A stretch of DNA of 63,644 bases, counting the filler, from Octopus bimaculoides (taxonomy: Eukaryota): the NCBI RefSeq assembly GCF_001194135.2. It is 12 parts of 9 records of this genome, joined end to end, with 100 filler letters (N's around TTAATTAATTAA, not from the genome) between each part and the next. Parts side by side here need not be neighbours in the genome. Positions count along the whole stretch, not along the records: positions 48,453 to 53,676 come from NC_069002.1; positions 53,777 to 63,644 come from NC_068985.1; 10 more parts are not named here. One strand, 5' to 3'. Position 1 is the stretch's first letter; every line of letters begins with the position of its first letter. Below are positions 49,511 through 63,396 of the stretch, piece by piece. The position numbers and the translations under genes are program-made. Below the pieces are notes generated by a model. It saw only the letters and a program-made list of their open reading frames with translations, ran no database searches and was not told where the DNA came from.

Positions 49511-49558
49511 CATGTATATACATATATACAAATACATACATATATCTACATATGTGTA

Positions 49559-49601
<43 letters not shown>

Positions 49602-50039
49602 ACACACACGTGTGTGTGTGGGTGGGTGTCTTTATACACACACACACTTACGAAGAGCTTTGAAAGAACTCACCGATGCTGAGTGGTTGATATTAACCCA
49701 AAATACATTAATATCTTCAGATCTAAAGGACTTCCATGGTGCCTTCTCTGACACCCCACTGCCTCCACCACCACCACCACCTCTTCCTCCTCCACCACCA
49801 CCACCCTACCTGTCTTCATGATCAAGAAGACACAAACACAATGAATTATTGAACTCAGACTTGTTCGTAGTGGTTTAAGTAGCAAAACACATCAACTAGC
49901 ACCGTTTCAGATCTATTAAACGAAGCACTCAGCAACCTTTTCCTTTACGGTTACATTTGCACTTCAATTCTGGGTAGAACCACCTCAGCACCAAAACAAG
50001 GCAAATAACTCCTGTAGCTTATTACTGCAATGATCATAG

Positions 50040-50397
50040 TTTTTATGTGTGTTTGTGTCTGTCATTTTAGCATTTACTGGTTTCAGTCATTGGACTGCAG
50101 CCATGCAGGGGCACCACCTTGAAGGGCTTGGATGAACAAATTTGGTAACTTTTGCCGAACCGCTAAGTTACAGAGATGTAAACAGACCAACATTGGTTGT
50201 CAAGCGATGGTGGAGGGACAAACACAGACACACAAACATATATATACGACAGGCTTCTTTCAGTTTCCGTCTACCAAATCCACTCACTATAGTAGAAGCT
50301 ATAGTAGAAGACACTTACCCAAGGTTCCACGCAGTGGGACTGAACCCACAACCATGTGGTTGGGAAGCAAGCTTCTTACCACACAGCCATGCCTGTG

Positions 50398-50400
<3 letters not shown>
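50040..50400 (-). mobile_element. SINE family B
   Basis: GGTTTCAGTCATTGGACTG...CAAGGTTCCACGCAGTGGGACTGAACCC...CCACACAGCCATGCCTG. Confidence 0.8.
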
Positions 50401-50437
<37 letters not shown>

Positions 50438-51899
50438 TGCTAGGTTTCCTTACAGTTTCCCTCAACTAAATTCACTCACAAAATGTTGAGTGGCCGGGAA
50501 GTTACAATAAAAGATATTTATCTAAGGTGCTGCGGAGTGAGACTGAACCTGAAACCACATGAGTGAGAAATGAACTTTTTAACCACACAACCATGGCAGA
50601 TACACACACACACATATACACATACAACATAGACACCACGACCACCACTACTACCAGCACTACCACTACCTCTTGTACCACCACCACCAACAACAACAAC
50701 AACAACAGCATCAACTAGTCTCTAGAATCCATTAAAATCAACTCTTCTAACAAATTCCTGTACTGTTTCCTGAGACCCCAGCCATTCTTCTACATTATCT
50801 TTCATAGCNNNNNNNNNNNNNNNNNNNNNNNNNNNNNNNNNNNNNNNNNNNNNNNNNNNNNNNNNNNNNNNNNNNNNNNNNNNNNNNNNNNNNNNNNNNN
50901 NNNNNNNNNNNNNNNNNNNNNNNNNNNNNNNNNNNNNNNNNNNNNNNNNNNNNNNNNNNNNNNNNNNNNNNNNNNNNNNNNNNNNNNNNNNNNNNNNNNN
51001 NNNNNNNNNNNNNNNNNNNNNNNNNNNNNNNNNNNNNNNNNNNNNNNNNNNNNNNNNNNNNNNNNNNNNNNNNNNNNNNNNNNNNNNNNNNNNNNNNNNN
51101 NNNNNNNNNNNNNNNNNNNNNNNNNNNNNNNNNNNNNNNNNNNNNNNNNNNNNNNNNNNNNNNNNNNNNNNNNNNNNNNNNNNNNNNNNNNNNNNNNNNN
51201 NNNNNNNNNNNNNNNNNNNNNNNNNNGATGTTGGTGGTGGTGTTGGTGGGGATGATGATGGAGTGGTGATGATGATGGTTATGATGATGATGGTTATAAT
51301 GATGATGGTTACGATGATGGTTATGATGATGATGATATATTATTTCTTATTATTCATTAAGTCCTTTTCTTAGTCGCTCTCTCCCTCGCGTTTTCCATGC
51401 ATGCTTGCATGTGTGTGTATAGTGTAGTGTTTGTGTGCGTATATGTATGTAGTATACCTGTGTGTGTGTGTGAGAGCATATAGCATTTCTGTATGTGTGT
51501 ATGTGTATGTGCTTGTATGTGTGAAGTGTGTGTATGTATTTGTGCGTGTGCGTGTGTAGTGTGTGTATGTGGGTATATACTTGTATGTTTTTGTTTTTTG
51601 TGTGTGTATGTGTTTGTGTCTGTATTATGTGTATGTGTGTGTATTTTTATGCATGTGTGTGTGTGTGTGCATGTATAGAATGTGTATGATACGCTGAACC
51701 TTTTCATTACTCCTCCACCACCACCACCACCACCACCACTTAACCCCCCACCATCATCATTATCGTCATCATTAACAACAGCAACATTAGCACAAAATAA
51801 CGCATTCACCTTTACATGGTTGCTTGACCTTCTGGAAGCAACAGCCAAATTGCCCTCAAACTGTTTTCCAACAAGTATTACAATAACAACAACACTATT

Positions 51900-52540
51900 A
51901 ATATTGATTTCAAATTTTAGCACAAGGCCAGCAATTTCAGGGTGAAGAGGATTAGTCATTGTTATTATTATTATTATTATTATTATTTAAGTCATTGCTT
52001 GGAATCGAACTCAGAATCTTGGGGTTAGTAGCACACACTCTTAACCACCACGCCATATGCCCGTGGGCATATAATAATAATAATAATAATAATTTCAAAC
52101 TTAGGCACAAGGCCAGCAATTTTGGGGGCAGGAGTAAGTCGATTACACTGACCCCCACTAATCAACTGATACTTAATCTATTGACCCCCAAAGGGATAAA
52201 AGGCAAAGTCGACCTTGGCAGAATTTGAACTCAGAACATGAGGACAGACAAAATGCCACTAAGCATTTTTCCCAGGTGTGCTAATGATTCTGCCATCTCC
52301 CCACCTTACAAATAATAATAATAATAATAATAATAATTACAAATTTAGGCACAAGGTCAGCAATTTTGGGGTCAGGGGGTGAGTTGAGTATATTAACCCC
52401 AGTGTTTCACTGGTACTTAATTTATCAAGGATGAAAGGAAAAGTTGATCTCGGTGGAATTTGAACTCAGAATGTAAAGGCGATTGAAACGCTGCTAAGCC
52501 TGGCGATGCTAACCGTTCTGTCAGCTCACTGCCTTCACCT
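51900..52540 (-). mobile_element. Cluster of SINE family A copies plus a tRNA-like head, separated by (TAA)n
   Basis: Three GCACAAGG(C/T)CAGCAATTT tails at ~51920, ~52105 and ~52350, all in the same orientation. Confidence 0.75.
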
Positions 52541-52821
52541 CATAATCACCCCCCCCCCCNNNNNNNNNNNNNNNNNNNNNNNNNNNNNNNNNNNNNNNNN
52601 NNNNNNNNNNNNNNNNNNNNNNNNNNNNNNNNNNNNNNNNNNNNNNNNNNNNNNNNNNNNNNNNNNNNNNNNNNNNNNNNNNNNNNNNNNNNNNNNNNNN
52701 NNNNNNNNNNNNNNNNNNNNNNNNNNNNNNNNNNNNNNNNNNAAAAGAGTGAAACTGAACCCTATCAAGACACTTTCCAAAGCACAACCAATATTACTTC
52801 CTGGCAGTTATTTCCTGTGTC

Positions 52822-52852
<31 letters not shown>

Positions 52853-53076
52853 AAGAGAGAGAGGGGGGCATAAGGGAGTGGGGGAAAGGGGGGATGAGTG
52901 GAGGGCACATTCTCTAGGACTCCCTAACGTCCCTTCACCTTAACGAAGGGCATTCCTCAGTATGATATACAAGGAACTATGCATTGTGGCACTCATGTGA
53001 GGGAATGGATGGCGTGGAAGACAAAACAGACTAAACATGAGCATACACACACATACACACACACTTATACATATAC

Positions 53077-53108
<32 letters not shown>

Positions 53109-53255
53109 GTATATGCATACATATACATATATATAGAGAGAGAGAAAGAGAGAGAGAGAAATTGATAGATGTAGGTGCAGGTGTACTTAAGAAGTTTGCT
53201 TCCCAGCCATGTGGTTTCAAGTTCAATCCCAATCTGTGACACCTAGGTCAAGTGT

Positions 53256-53315
<60 letters not shown>

Positions 53316-53776
53316 ATACTACTGTTACTACTACTACTACTACTACTACTACTGCAGTCCTAGGTCAAATAAAGCCTTGTAAGTGGATCTAACAGAGAGA
53401 AACTGAGTCACTGGGCAAAACAAAATATATTTTATTGGAATAACAGACTTTGGGGTTGAAATATTTTATGTGTGTGTGTGTGTGTGTGTGTGTGTCTGCT
53501 TGGTTGGACATCATGTGATGGTTGTAAATGACTGTCATCGTCATCATATAAGCAAAATATATATACATATATATATATACATGCATATATATATATACAT
53601 ACATATACACACACACATATATATATATACATACATACATATAAACACACATATATATATACACACATAAATATATNNNNNNNNNNNNNNNNNNNNNNNN
53701 NNNNNNNNNNNNNNNNNNNNTTAATTAATTAANNNNNNNNNNNNNNNNNNNNNNNNNNNNNNNNNNNNNNNNNNNN

Positions 53777-53811
<35 letters not shown>

Positions 53812-54814
53812 TATATTATGTATATATTCTCGTGGGGAAAACTTTATCTTTCTTAAGATTACTGCGTATAAAACCGAACACCAGTACAATCATCGTTAAA
53901 ACCTTGGAGAATATTTGATAATGTAAGAAATATGCGATTATGACAGCTCCGTCATAAAGATCTTATTCCTTTTGACATACATGAAATGTAAGGAGTGTAA
54001 TTTCTCAGATTTTAATGCAGAGAATAGAACTTGTTAAGTTCTATGTGATTACTTCATTGGTATTTCGAAGAATATAATGCAAAGTTGATTAAGGTGGAAT
54101 TTGAATTCAGAACGCAAAACACTTTTTAAAGTTATTTCTACAAATTTTGTATAAAAATTAGACCCAACCCTGAAAGTTACAAGGTTTCGTATACGTCTAT
54201 GTAAAAACTGCGATCAGCGATGGGAAAATGAATAATGGGTGTATATGCATATTTCAGGAATTCTTGCTCCTTCCTCAGCATCACATCCACCCCATTAACC
54301 ATTCATGAACACTTTGCTTAAATAACCACTAAATACAGCAGTGTAACACAATTCGATAGACCAAATTTCCATATGAAACACGTTCCTGAAAACTGGTACA
54401 TTCATATTAATTGCTAGTAGGGAGATTCTATTTCGTTGAGCAACCAGAATATAATAGTAAGTATATTAAAGTCTTTATAAGTCAATACTGTGTCCTACCT
54501 ATGTTAGCAGTGCAATTAAATCAATCATAAAATTGCTTAAGCAAATTTTCCAATGCTTTGGGGATTTTTTTTTTCTTGCGCAGTGTCCAATGCTTCAGTC
54601 CATTCATCCNNNNNNNNNNNNNNNNNNNNNNNNNNNNNNNNNNNNNNNNNNNNNNNNNNNNNNNNNNNNNNNNNNNNNNNNNNNNNNNNNNNNNNNNNNN
54701 NNNNNNNNNNNNNNNNNNNNNNNNNNNNNNNNNNNNNNNNNNNNNNNNNNNNNNNNNNNNNNNNNNNNNNNNNNNNNNNNNNNNNNNNNNNNNNNNNNNN
54801 NNNNNNNNNNNNNN

Positions 54815-54844
<30 letters not shown>

Positions 54845-54848
<4 letters not shown>

Positions 54849-55060
54849 TGTGTGTTGGTGCTTGTCCCCCAACATCGCGTGACAACCGATGCTGGTGTAT
54901 TTATGTTCCCCTGTAACTTAGCAGTTCGTCAAAAAGACTGAAGATAGAATAATTACTAGGCTTACAAAGAATAAGTCCTGGGGTCGATTTGTTCGTCTAA
55001 AGGCGGTGCTCCAGCATGACCGTAGTCAAATGACTGAAACGAATAAAAGAATAAAAGATG
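54845..55060 (+). mobile_element. SINE family B, 3' half
   Basis: CAACCGATGCTGGTG...GAATAAGTCCTGGGGTCGATTTG...GGCGGTGCTCCAGCATG. Confidence 0.8.
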
Positions 55061-55954
55061 AAAAGAATTCTTTCCAAGACCGTGAGTATATTGTCGCCAG
55101 AAATCGTATTCCCGGTCACTTATTTCATCGATCTTGACACCTTTCGCTATTTAAACACAGAATGTAACTAAATGCCACTTGGAAATTCTTGTCTGTCAAT
55201 GTTTTTTCTCTCAATTTTTTTTCTACCACACCACTGACCATCACACAGCAATGATAGTAATGATTATGGCTTCAAATTTAGGCACAAGGCCAGCTATTTT
55301 AAGGGGAGGGGCAAGTCAATAACGTCTACTCCATTGCATGATTGATATTTTGTTTCATTGATTAGGAAATGATGAAAAATCGAGTTGGCCTCGGATGGAT
55401 TTAAACTCAGAAAGTCGTAATCTGGAAAAAAATACCGCAAAGCATTTTACCCTACGCTCCAACAGATTAGTTATTCAACCGCCCTAACAATGACGATATT
55501 AATGGTAAAAATGCGGCGTAGAAGAAAGGAAGGAAACAATTATAGAAGGAAGCAATAAATATGTAAATAAATACATAATAAATAAGTAAATAAATGCATA
55601 AACGTCGATAAACAATCTGAACTGATATATCATAAAGCAAGGAAAGGAAGTGGCCGACAATTAATGGAGACTAGACAAGCGTATCTTTTAAAATTGTCTC
55701 CAAAAGATTATATCATCTTTCCCGAAAGGATGTAAAGAACAGATAATGGTAAACCAGACAATTATCGAGAACAACAAAAAGAGACTTTAGATATTATACA
55801 ACAAGAACATCCTGGTGTAGGATTAAAATGTCGCCCAGTTTAACATCATCGTATGTTACGGAGGCGCCTTTAGAGGTATCCATTCTACTGGAAGCACTTG
55901 GGTCACATCAAAGCCTGCGGGGTTTTTTTTTTATATAGGACCGGCAAATATTGA

Positions 55955-56175
55955 TTTCAAATTTTGGTACAAGGCAAAATGCCAGCAATTTCGGTGGAGT
56001 GGGTTAATCCATTACATCGACCTGTACACACAACTGGTACTTATTTTATCGACCCCCGAAAGGATAAAAAGCAAGGTCGACCTCGGCAGAATGTGAACTT
56101 AGAACGTGAAGACTGACGAAATGCTGCTAAGCATTTTGCTTGACGTGCTAGCGATTCTGCCAGCTCGCCGTCTTC
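55955..56175 (-). mobile_element. SINE family A
   Basis: CAACTGGTACTTATTTTATCGACCCCCGAAAGGAT...GTCGACCTCGGCAGAAT...GCCAGCTCGCCG. Confidence 0.85.
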
Positions 56176-56989
56176 AAGACGATGATAATATTAACATGAG
56201 CTGTGAACTTTTGGGGCCCTCACAATACTGCACGGTTTGAAGTTTACGCTTTTAGAATCCGAAAGCAGGAAATATCTCCAAAGTATCTACTCAACAAACA
56301 GCTCAAACGGAACGCTTAAACCATTAAGATCCAACTGCAAAGATTCATTATGTCACTTTTATGTAGGGGACACAACAGATGTAATCAGCTGCTTCCCCAA
56401 AATATCATTGAGTTATGACCTCCTGATGTTGATACTAAAATAATACGCACTGAGATTCACAGAAAACCGCTTTCTTTTATTCTTTTAATGGTTGCAACTG
56501 TAGGACTGCGGCCATGCTGGAACACTGCCTTAATTCATTTTCTACTAGTTTTTTTTTTGTTTTGTTTCTTTTGCTTTGTGAATGGAAGTTGGTGTTTGAT
56601 TGAGTTCGTAGCAGCTGATTGTCCCTGAGTGTATCCATGAATGGTTGACAGGGCTATTTGCTCTGAGATAAATGTGAACAACATTCCCGTTATTGAATAC
56701 ATATAGATATCAACACAAAGGATATCGATGTAATATTCCCGCCGAATCTTCTAGATCTGATAAAATTATTTTTTGATAGAAAAACAGAAATATGTAAAGT
56801 CATAAAGGTTAACTTCTCTGCAGATGTGAAAAACTTGGAAAATCAGAAAACTGGAAACTATTTATGGATAACTGGAAACTATTTATGGATAACTACTGCA
56901 AAGGCATCAGCTTTTCTATCTTGGTTATAGATTCACATTATCACCTGACCACGTGATCGGCCAGACTATAGGACATTCTTTTTTATATA

Positions 56990-57210
56990 CAGTAATACCT
57001 CGACTACCGCGGGTGTTACGTTCCAAACACCCCGTGATTGGTGAAAATCTGCGAAGTAGAAACAGTACTGTACTGGATATTTTTTTCATTATTTTTATAA
57101 TTTGTGTATATTATTTTATTATAAATGCAAAACGACACCACGGAGGAATCGACGTAAGCTTAAATAATAAACCGCGATAAGTGAACCGCGATATGGGCGA
57201 GGGATTACTG
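56990..57210. mobile_element. Tc1/mariner (Tigger/pogo-like) MITE
   Basis: TA TSD; TIRs CAGTAATACCTCG / CGAGGGATTACTG (12/13 match); internal AACCGCGATA repeats. Confidence 0.8.
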
Positions 57211-57224
57211 TATCGTGGGTCGCA

Positions 57225-57455
57225 ATGTACTTTGCATCCTTTTTAGCTTTCGAATGGTGTCACCCTGCTGACTACGCAACATTCAGGGGCAACAATCCCC
57301 TTGATCGGAAAAGCAGTCCGTCACAGGGTAACCCATTTACAGCTGATCGAACTGGAACAAATGAAGTGCTTTGCTAAAGAACACGATACGCAGCCGATCT
57401 GGAAATCGAAACCACGATCATGAATCGAAACCTAACCATTAGGCCTCGCACCTTC
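57225..57455 (-). mobile_element. tRNA-derived SINE related to 4545-4752
   Basis: CCCATTTACAGCTG...AAGTGCTTTGCTAAAGAACAC...GGAAATCGAAACCACG. Confidence 0.55.
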
Positions 57456-58834
57456 CCAATTATTGATGCACTTGGTTATGTTAATAAATATCTACTCGAC
57501 AAACTAGAAAAAAAAACTGGTTAAATGTACTTTACTGATGCAATATATAAGTTGAACAGTAAAAATATGTAAAACTACCCTAATTATCAATATGTAACAA
57601 TTATTGATCTTATTGTCCCAAATCTAGCCATGGAGCTTTTGGCTCTTTGTCTAGAAATAAGTTCGGAAGAATTGATAAATAAAAATGAAGCCATACAGAT
57701 ATNNNNNNNNNNNNNNNNNNNNNNNNNNNNNNNNNNNNNNNNNNNNNNNNNNNNNNNNNNNNNNNNNNNNNNNNNNNNNNNNNNNNNNNNNNNNNNNNNN
57801 NNNNNNNNNNNNNNNNNNNNNNNNNNNNNNNNNNNNNNNNNNNNNNNNNNNNNNNNNNNNNNNNNNNNNNNNNNNNNNNNNNNNNNNNNNNNNNNNNNNN
57901 NNNNNNNNNNNNNNNNNNNNNNNNNNNNNNNNNNNNNNNNNNNNNNNNNNNNNNNNNNNNNNNNNNNNNNNNNNNNNNNNNNNNNNNNNNNNNNNNNNNN
58001 NNNNNNNNNNNNNNNNNNNNNNNNNNNNNNNNNNNNNNNNNNNNNNNNNNNNNNNNNNNNNNNNNNNNNNNNNNNNNNNNNNNNNNNNNNNNNNNNNNNN
58101 NNNNNNNNNNNNNNNNNNNNNNNNNNNNNNNNNNNNNNNNNNNNNNNNNNNNNNNNNNNNNNNNNNNNNNNNNNNNNNNNNNNNNNNNNNNNNNNNNNNN
58201 NNNNNNNNNNNNNNNNNNNNNNNNNNNNNNNNNNNNNNNNNNNNNNNNNNNNNNNNNNNNNNNNNNNNNNNNNNNNNNNNNNNNNNNNNNNNNNNNNNNN
58301 NNNNNNNNNNNNNNNNNNNNNNNNNNNNNNNNNNNNNNNNNNNNNNNNNNNNNNNNNNNNNNNNNNNNNNNNNNNNNNNNNNNNNNNNNNNNNNNNNNNN
58401 NNNNNNNNNNNNNNNNNNNNNNNNNNNNNNNNNNNNNNNNNNNNNNNNNNNNNNNNNNNNNNNNNNNNNNNNNNNNNNNNNNNNNNNNNNNNNNNNNNNN
58501 NNNNNNNNNNNNNNNNNNNNNNNNNNNNNNNNNNNNNNNNNNNNNNNNNNNNNNNNNNNNNNNNNNNNNNNNNNNNNNNNNNNNNNNNNNNNNNNNNNNN
58601 NNNGTATGCATGTGTGCGTGTGTGCGTGCGTGTGCGTGTCTGCGTGTGTGTGTGTGCATGTATGCGTGTGTATGCGTGTGTGTGTCTGCGTGTGCGTGTG
58701 CGTGTATGTGCGTGTTTGCGTGTGTGTGCGTGTGTGCATGTATGCGTGTGTGTGCGTGTGTGTATGTGTGTGCATGTACGTATGTGTGTGTGCGTGTGTG
58801 TGTGTGGGTGTGTGTGTGGGTGTGTGTGTGTGTG

Positions 58835-59035
58835 TGTGACCACCGCTTCACAACAACCAATTTTGGTGTGTTTACTCCCCCGTAACGTAGCAGTTCGGCA
58901 ACAGTGACGATAGAATAAGTACCAGGTGTTAAAAGATAAAATGAGCTCTGGGGTCGATTCGTACGATGAAAAATTCTTCAAGGCGATGCCCCAGCATGGC
59001 TGCAGTCTACCGATTGAACCAAGGAAAAGATAAAT
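58835..59035 (+). mobile_element. SINE family B, 3' half
   Basis: GATAGAATAAGTACCAGG...GGGGTCGATTC...CTTCAAGGCGATGCCCCAGCATGG. Confidence 0.8.
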
Positions 59036-59899
59036 GATTCTTATCGAATAACTGATCACTCGTATTGAGTGATCATTCGTATTGAGTGATCATTCGTATT
59101 GAGTGATCATGAAGAAAAGATCATTTCTTCAACGTCATAATGATAGCCATTTCACATTTGAATTCGCTGCACAAAAAAAAAAAAAAATTCAATGCCCACA
59201 GAAGTTTCAACAACATCGATGAAAGGCAAACAAAACCACATCAAAACCACAATTTGGTAGTTTTAAAAGGACTGGAATTATGATGTCAAAATAAGTTACG
59301 TAAATGGTACAAACTAGTGAAAAAATATCCCTTTGTAGACAATATCAATAAAATGAAAATATAAAATATAATGGCACCAACTTCATCCTAAATTTATTAT
59401 TTCACAGTAAAACAATTGTCGCAACAACAAACTTTTGAACATAAGAGAAAAGGTGATGGAGTGTAATTTTATTCCCCAAACTAAAAAAAAAACAGTTCAC
59501 AGATAAAATTGTCCACAAATTCATAGAAATAGAACGCAAGTGTCTGAAGCAATTAAAACATCTTGTGTGGTAAGAGAATTCAGCCAGTGGTAGTCGTTAG
59601 GCCAGTTTGAAGTAAGGTTAACCATAGACGTCGCCTTGATAAGATTATGGCTGTCACTAGGGTTTAATGAGCGTCCAGAGTGAATAATAGAAAACAATTC
59701 AGAGATATTCTGTTTGAAAAATTCAAAAGGCGGTTGATTCTCTCCTAAAACTACAAGTGAAAGACTTTAACTGGCATTTAAAAGAAACTGATCAAATTAA
59801 TGCTGACGAGAATTAACGATATTCAGAGAAAGTTTGCATTAAAATTAATAATAATTAATCAATATTTTAACAAATATAGCCCAATTTATATTTCTTTTC

Positions 59900-60330
59900 A
59901 GCAACTGATAAACAATCCCTTGAAAATGTTAACAAATAAAACTTGTAGATGAAAAGCATACACACAAATAAAACACAATTGCGGATTGCTAACACAGAAA
60001 AAAATACTGTTCGTTTATATACGGAAGATCACTAAATATAAAACAAACAAATAGTCACACATCTCACTCAGACATATTCTAAGTGAAAGTACAAGAAATG
60101 TTTGGCGGAAGCAAAGACATTTGAAATAAAGTTAATCGACCGCAAAGAAAAACAAAAGCTGAGAGAAAAATCATAAGAATAATTAACCGCAAATTTAGCA
60201 ATATTTAAGCAGCAGCCAACAGACAGAAGATGCTGCCGATACCGATAATGTACAAAAATGTATCCTATTGTGGCACTTGCGGCAAGAAATGCATTTCCAA
60301 GGAAAATTATACATGGTGGAAAAGACTATA
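59900..60330 (+). mobile_element. Degraded RTE-like LINE 3' region
   Basis: CGLLTQKK-like segment and a terminal CGTCGKKCISK zinc-finger-like motif as in RTE ORF ends; many stops. Confidence 0.35.
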
Positions 60331-60474
60331 ACCCTCGGAGCTCTGCAAGCAATACAAATGGTGATCTACGATGTGTTTGATGCGCCAGCTCTCATATAAG
60401 CATTTACGGTGTGTTTGATGCGTCAGCACTCATATAAGCATTTGGGCGGCTTGATTGAGTATGAAACAATGATT

Positions 60475-60630
60475 TCGAATTTTGGCACAAGGCCAGCAAG
60501 GGGGTGCTAGTCGATAATGTAAACTCCAGTGCTCAACTGGTTCTTGTTTTTCGACTCCCAAAGGATGAAAGGCAAAGTCGACCTCGGCAGAATTTGAACT
60601 TAGAACGTAGAGACTGACAAAATGCCGCGT
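60475..60630 (-). mobile_element. SINE family A
   Basis: TTTGGCACAAGGCCAGCAAG...AAAGGATGAAAGGCAAAGTCGACCTCGGCAGAATTTGAACT. Confidence 0.85.
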
Positions 60631-61337
60631 GGATCAATAGGAAAATGCCGAACAGCTCCTTACTACCAGAAATTCTCAATTGTCCGCCCCTATATAAAAT
60701 GTGAAGAATAAAGCAGAAGGTGCAGATTTAATACTGATCCAACACCTTTTAAAGTATCCATCATATTCCTGCGACGCTTTCTGGTTCTTATCTGAACATT
60801 TGAAGTTGTGATGTTGCTTTGTGGTAGTGATTAGTCCGACTACACGATTTGTAGCAGATCAGACTCAGTTACAAAGTTCTGGTCTAGTCTTCCATATTAT
60901 TTATTATTGTGGAAGGATTCCCACGAACCCCAAGTAACCAAAATTGGACAGACACATTGCTGGAAAATAAAAAATAAAAATTGTGAGCAATTGATTGGTA
61001 AGCGGTTCACTGCGAGCCGTTGGCAGAGAATGCTTAACCTCGTTTAACAGTAATCATATTGCGTCGTGTGAATACTTTCTTTCCTTCTGCTTCGTTAAAT
61101 TATTTATCCAAGACCAGGATATAAGATTTATCTATAACACCATATTTTGATACCGTGAACAGTGAGCTTCCTTTGACAGGTGGCAGAAAGAAAGACTCCT
61201 AGCTTGTAGGGTTAAGGCGTCTAATTATAGTACGGGGTATTTCTGATGCTCCCTTGGTGAAGCGGTTAGCACGACTATGCAGTTTGTAGCAGATACAATG
61301 GTTGATATCTGTAGGTGATGTCACAAGATTTTATCCA

Positions 61338-61381
<44 letters not shown>

Positions 61382-61391
61382 NNNNNNNNNN

Positions 61392-61434
<43 letters not shown>

Positions 61435-62339
61435 CTCCTCTGTCTATCACTCTCTCTACAAATGTAGATATACACAAATGCATACACACCGATTTTCCTT
61501 ATAAAAGAAAAACAAATAGAGTAGCTAACCCATCCGTTTTTACAATTGTGGTTAAATACTCCTTACGAAACCAGTAAAATTCTAAACACGTGATCTGTTG
61601 CAATGAAGGAAGCACTAAGAATTTAATGGCGAACGAATCATGTAATGGTTTGATATGCAGTAAAGTCACTTAGGCCACATGGTTCGTGGTAAATGTATGT
61701 GGGAACAACCAGTTTATCTGCTTTCCTCCATGGATGCCCAAACATCATTCCCTCGAAAATCTATGTAAATCATATGTGTGTTTATGCTTGTGTGTGTGTA
61801 TGCATTTAATTATAAATGTATGAATTGTATTGTATTGTATGAATTTGTTGAATTATAATTTTATTATTCGATAACCAAAAATTATTCCATTGATTTTCAA
61901 ATACGTAGAGCTTCTGGTTTTGCGCAGGTAGCTCTATGTGAAGACAACGAAATGTAACGTCATTCTCAATGAAATCAACATTCGCCATGAAATAAAGCTA
62001 GGAGTCAGATTTAATCAGCTCATGACTCTTAGGTGCAGCACGAGTCTTCTTATAATTGTTAAATATGGCCATAGTAAAATGGTGTGCCTAGACCCTTTCA
62101 TTGTGTTCCATTGGGTTTAAATTTTAAATTCCTGCTTCTTCGCGCAACTAAACTGCAGCGAATGCTTACATTCTTGGATACAACGATACATAAGAGAACA
62201 AGTAAGGCAGAATAATGCTTTGAACTCATTTGATATCGTTTGATCGTTTGATATCCCCATCACAGTTTCACTGCTTGCCTGGCTCTCCCTTCCTCGACCT
62301 CATCATCATCGATTCCATCAAAACCATTTCCATCATCAT

Positions 62340-63010
62340 TATCAATTTTACTTTGTAACCATCATCATCATCATCATCGTCTGCAACCTCATTAATATCA
62401 TTTTGCTGCTGCTGCTGCTACTGCTGCTGCTGCTGCTTCTTCTTCTTCTTCTTCTTCTTCTTCCAGTTCTTCTTCTTCTTCTTCTTCCNNNNNNNNNNTT
62501 CTTCTTCCAGTTCTTCTTCTTTTTCTTTTCTTCTTCTTCTTCTTCTTCTTCTTCTTCTTCTTCTTCTTCTAGTTCTTCTTCTTCTTCTTCTTCTTCTTCT
62601 TCTTCTTCTTCTTCTTCTTCCAGTTCTTCTTCTTCTTCTTCTTCCAGTTCTTCTTCTTCTTCTTCTTATTATTATTATTATTATTCCTCCTCCGTCTTCT
62701 TCCTCTCCTCCTCCGCTTTCTTATTCTTTCTCCTCCCCCTTATTCTTCTTTTTCTTCTCCTATTCCTTTTTCTTCTCCTCCCCTCCTCCTACTTCTTCTT
62801 CTCCTCCTCTTCTTCCTTCTATTTCGTCTTCTTGTTCCCCTTCTTTTTCTCTTTTCCTTTTTTTCTTTCTCATTTTCATTACCCTCATTTTCATTCTCGT
62901 CTTTCTCACCATCATCGTCATCATCATCATCAACAACAACATCATCATCATCCTCATCATCATCATCAGCAGCAGCAGCATCATCACCATCATCATCATC
63001 ATCATAGTCA
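62340..63010. repeat. Compound trinucleotide low-complexity tract (CAT/CTG/CTT/ATT/CAA/CAG)
   Basis: Direct reading; it explains the poly-L/S/H ORFs. Confidence 0.9.
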
Positions 63011-63093
63011 TTTCCTGCCTCATTACTGACCATGCCGATAAAGCAATGCAGAAGTCGAACAAAAGAGAAAACTAGACTTCACAGAAATGCTCA

Positions 63094-63131
<38 letters not shown>

Positions 63132-63242
63132 TATATATACATATACTCACACACATACACACAAATACAGGCATACACACACAAAAATTGGTAAATATAC
63201 ATACATTTACATTTATACATACAAACATGCATTTATATATAT

Positions 63243-63288
<46 letters not shown>

Positions 63289-63365
63289 TCATATATATAT
63301 ATACACACACAGATACATACATACATACATACATACATAGATACATACATACATACATACATACA

Positions 63366-63396
<31 letters not shown>

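Noticed and set aside
49612-49821. Poly-proline (formin/WASP-like) exon
   Set aside because: It comes from a (CCA)n microsatellite, with no flanking domain or partner exons.
51985-52075. Functional tRNA gene
   Set aside because: A and B boxes are present, but I cannot build an acceptor stem or full cloverleaf, and the context is SINE tails.
12564-53732. Recurrent TTAATTAATTAA motif as a biological repeat
   Set aside because: Every copy is embedded in Ns and identical, with stops in all six frames; it is an assembly spacer.
62403-63029. 208-aa Ser/Leu/His-rich membrane protein
   Set aside because: Entirely compound trinucleotide repeat, spans an N gap, and begins at TTG.
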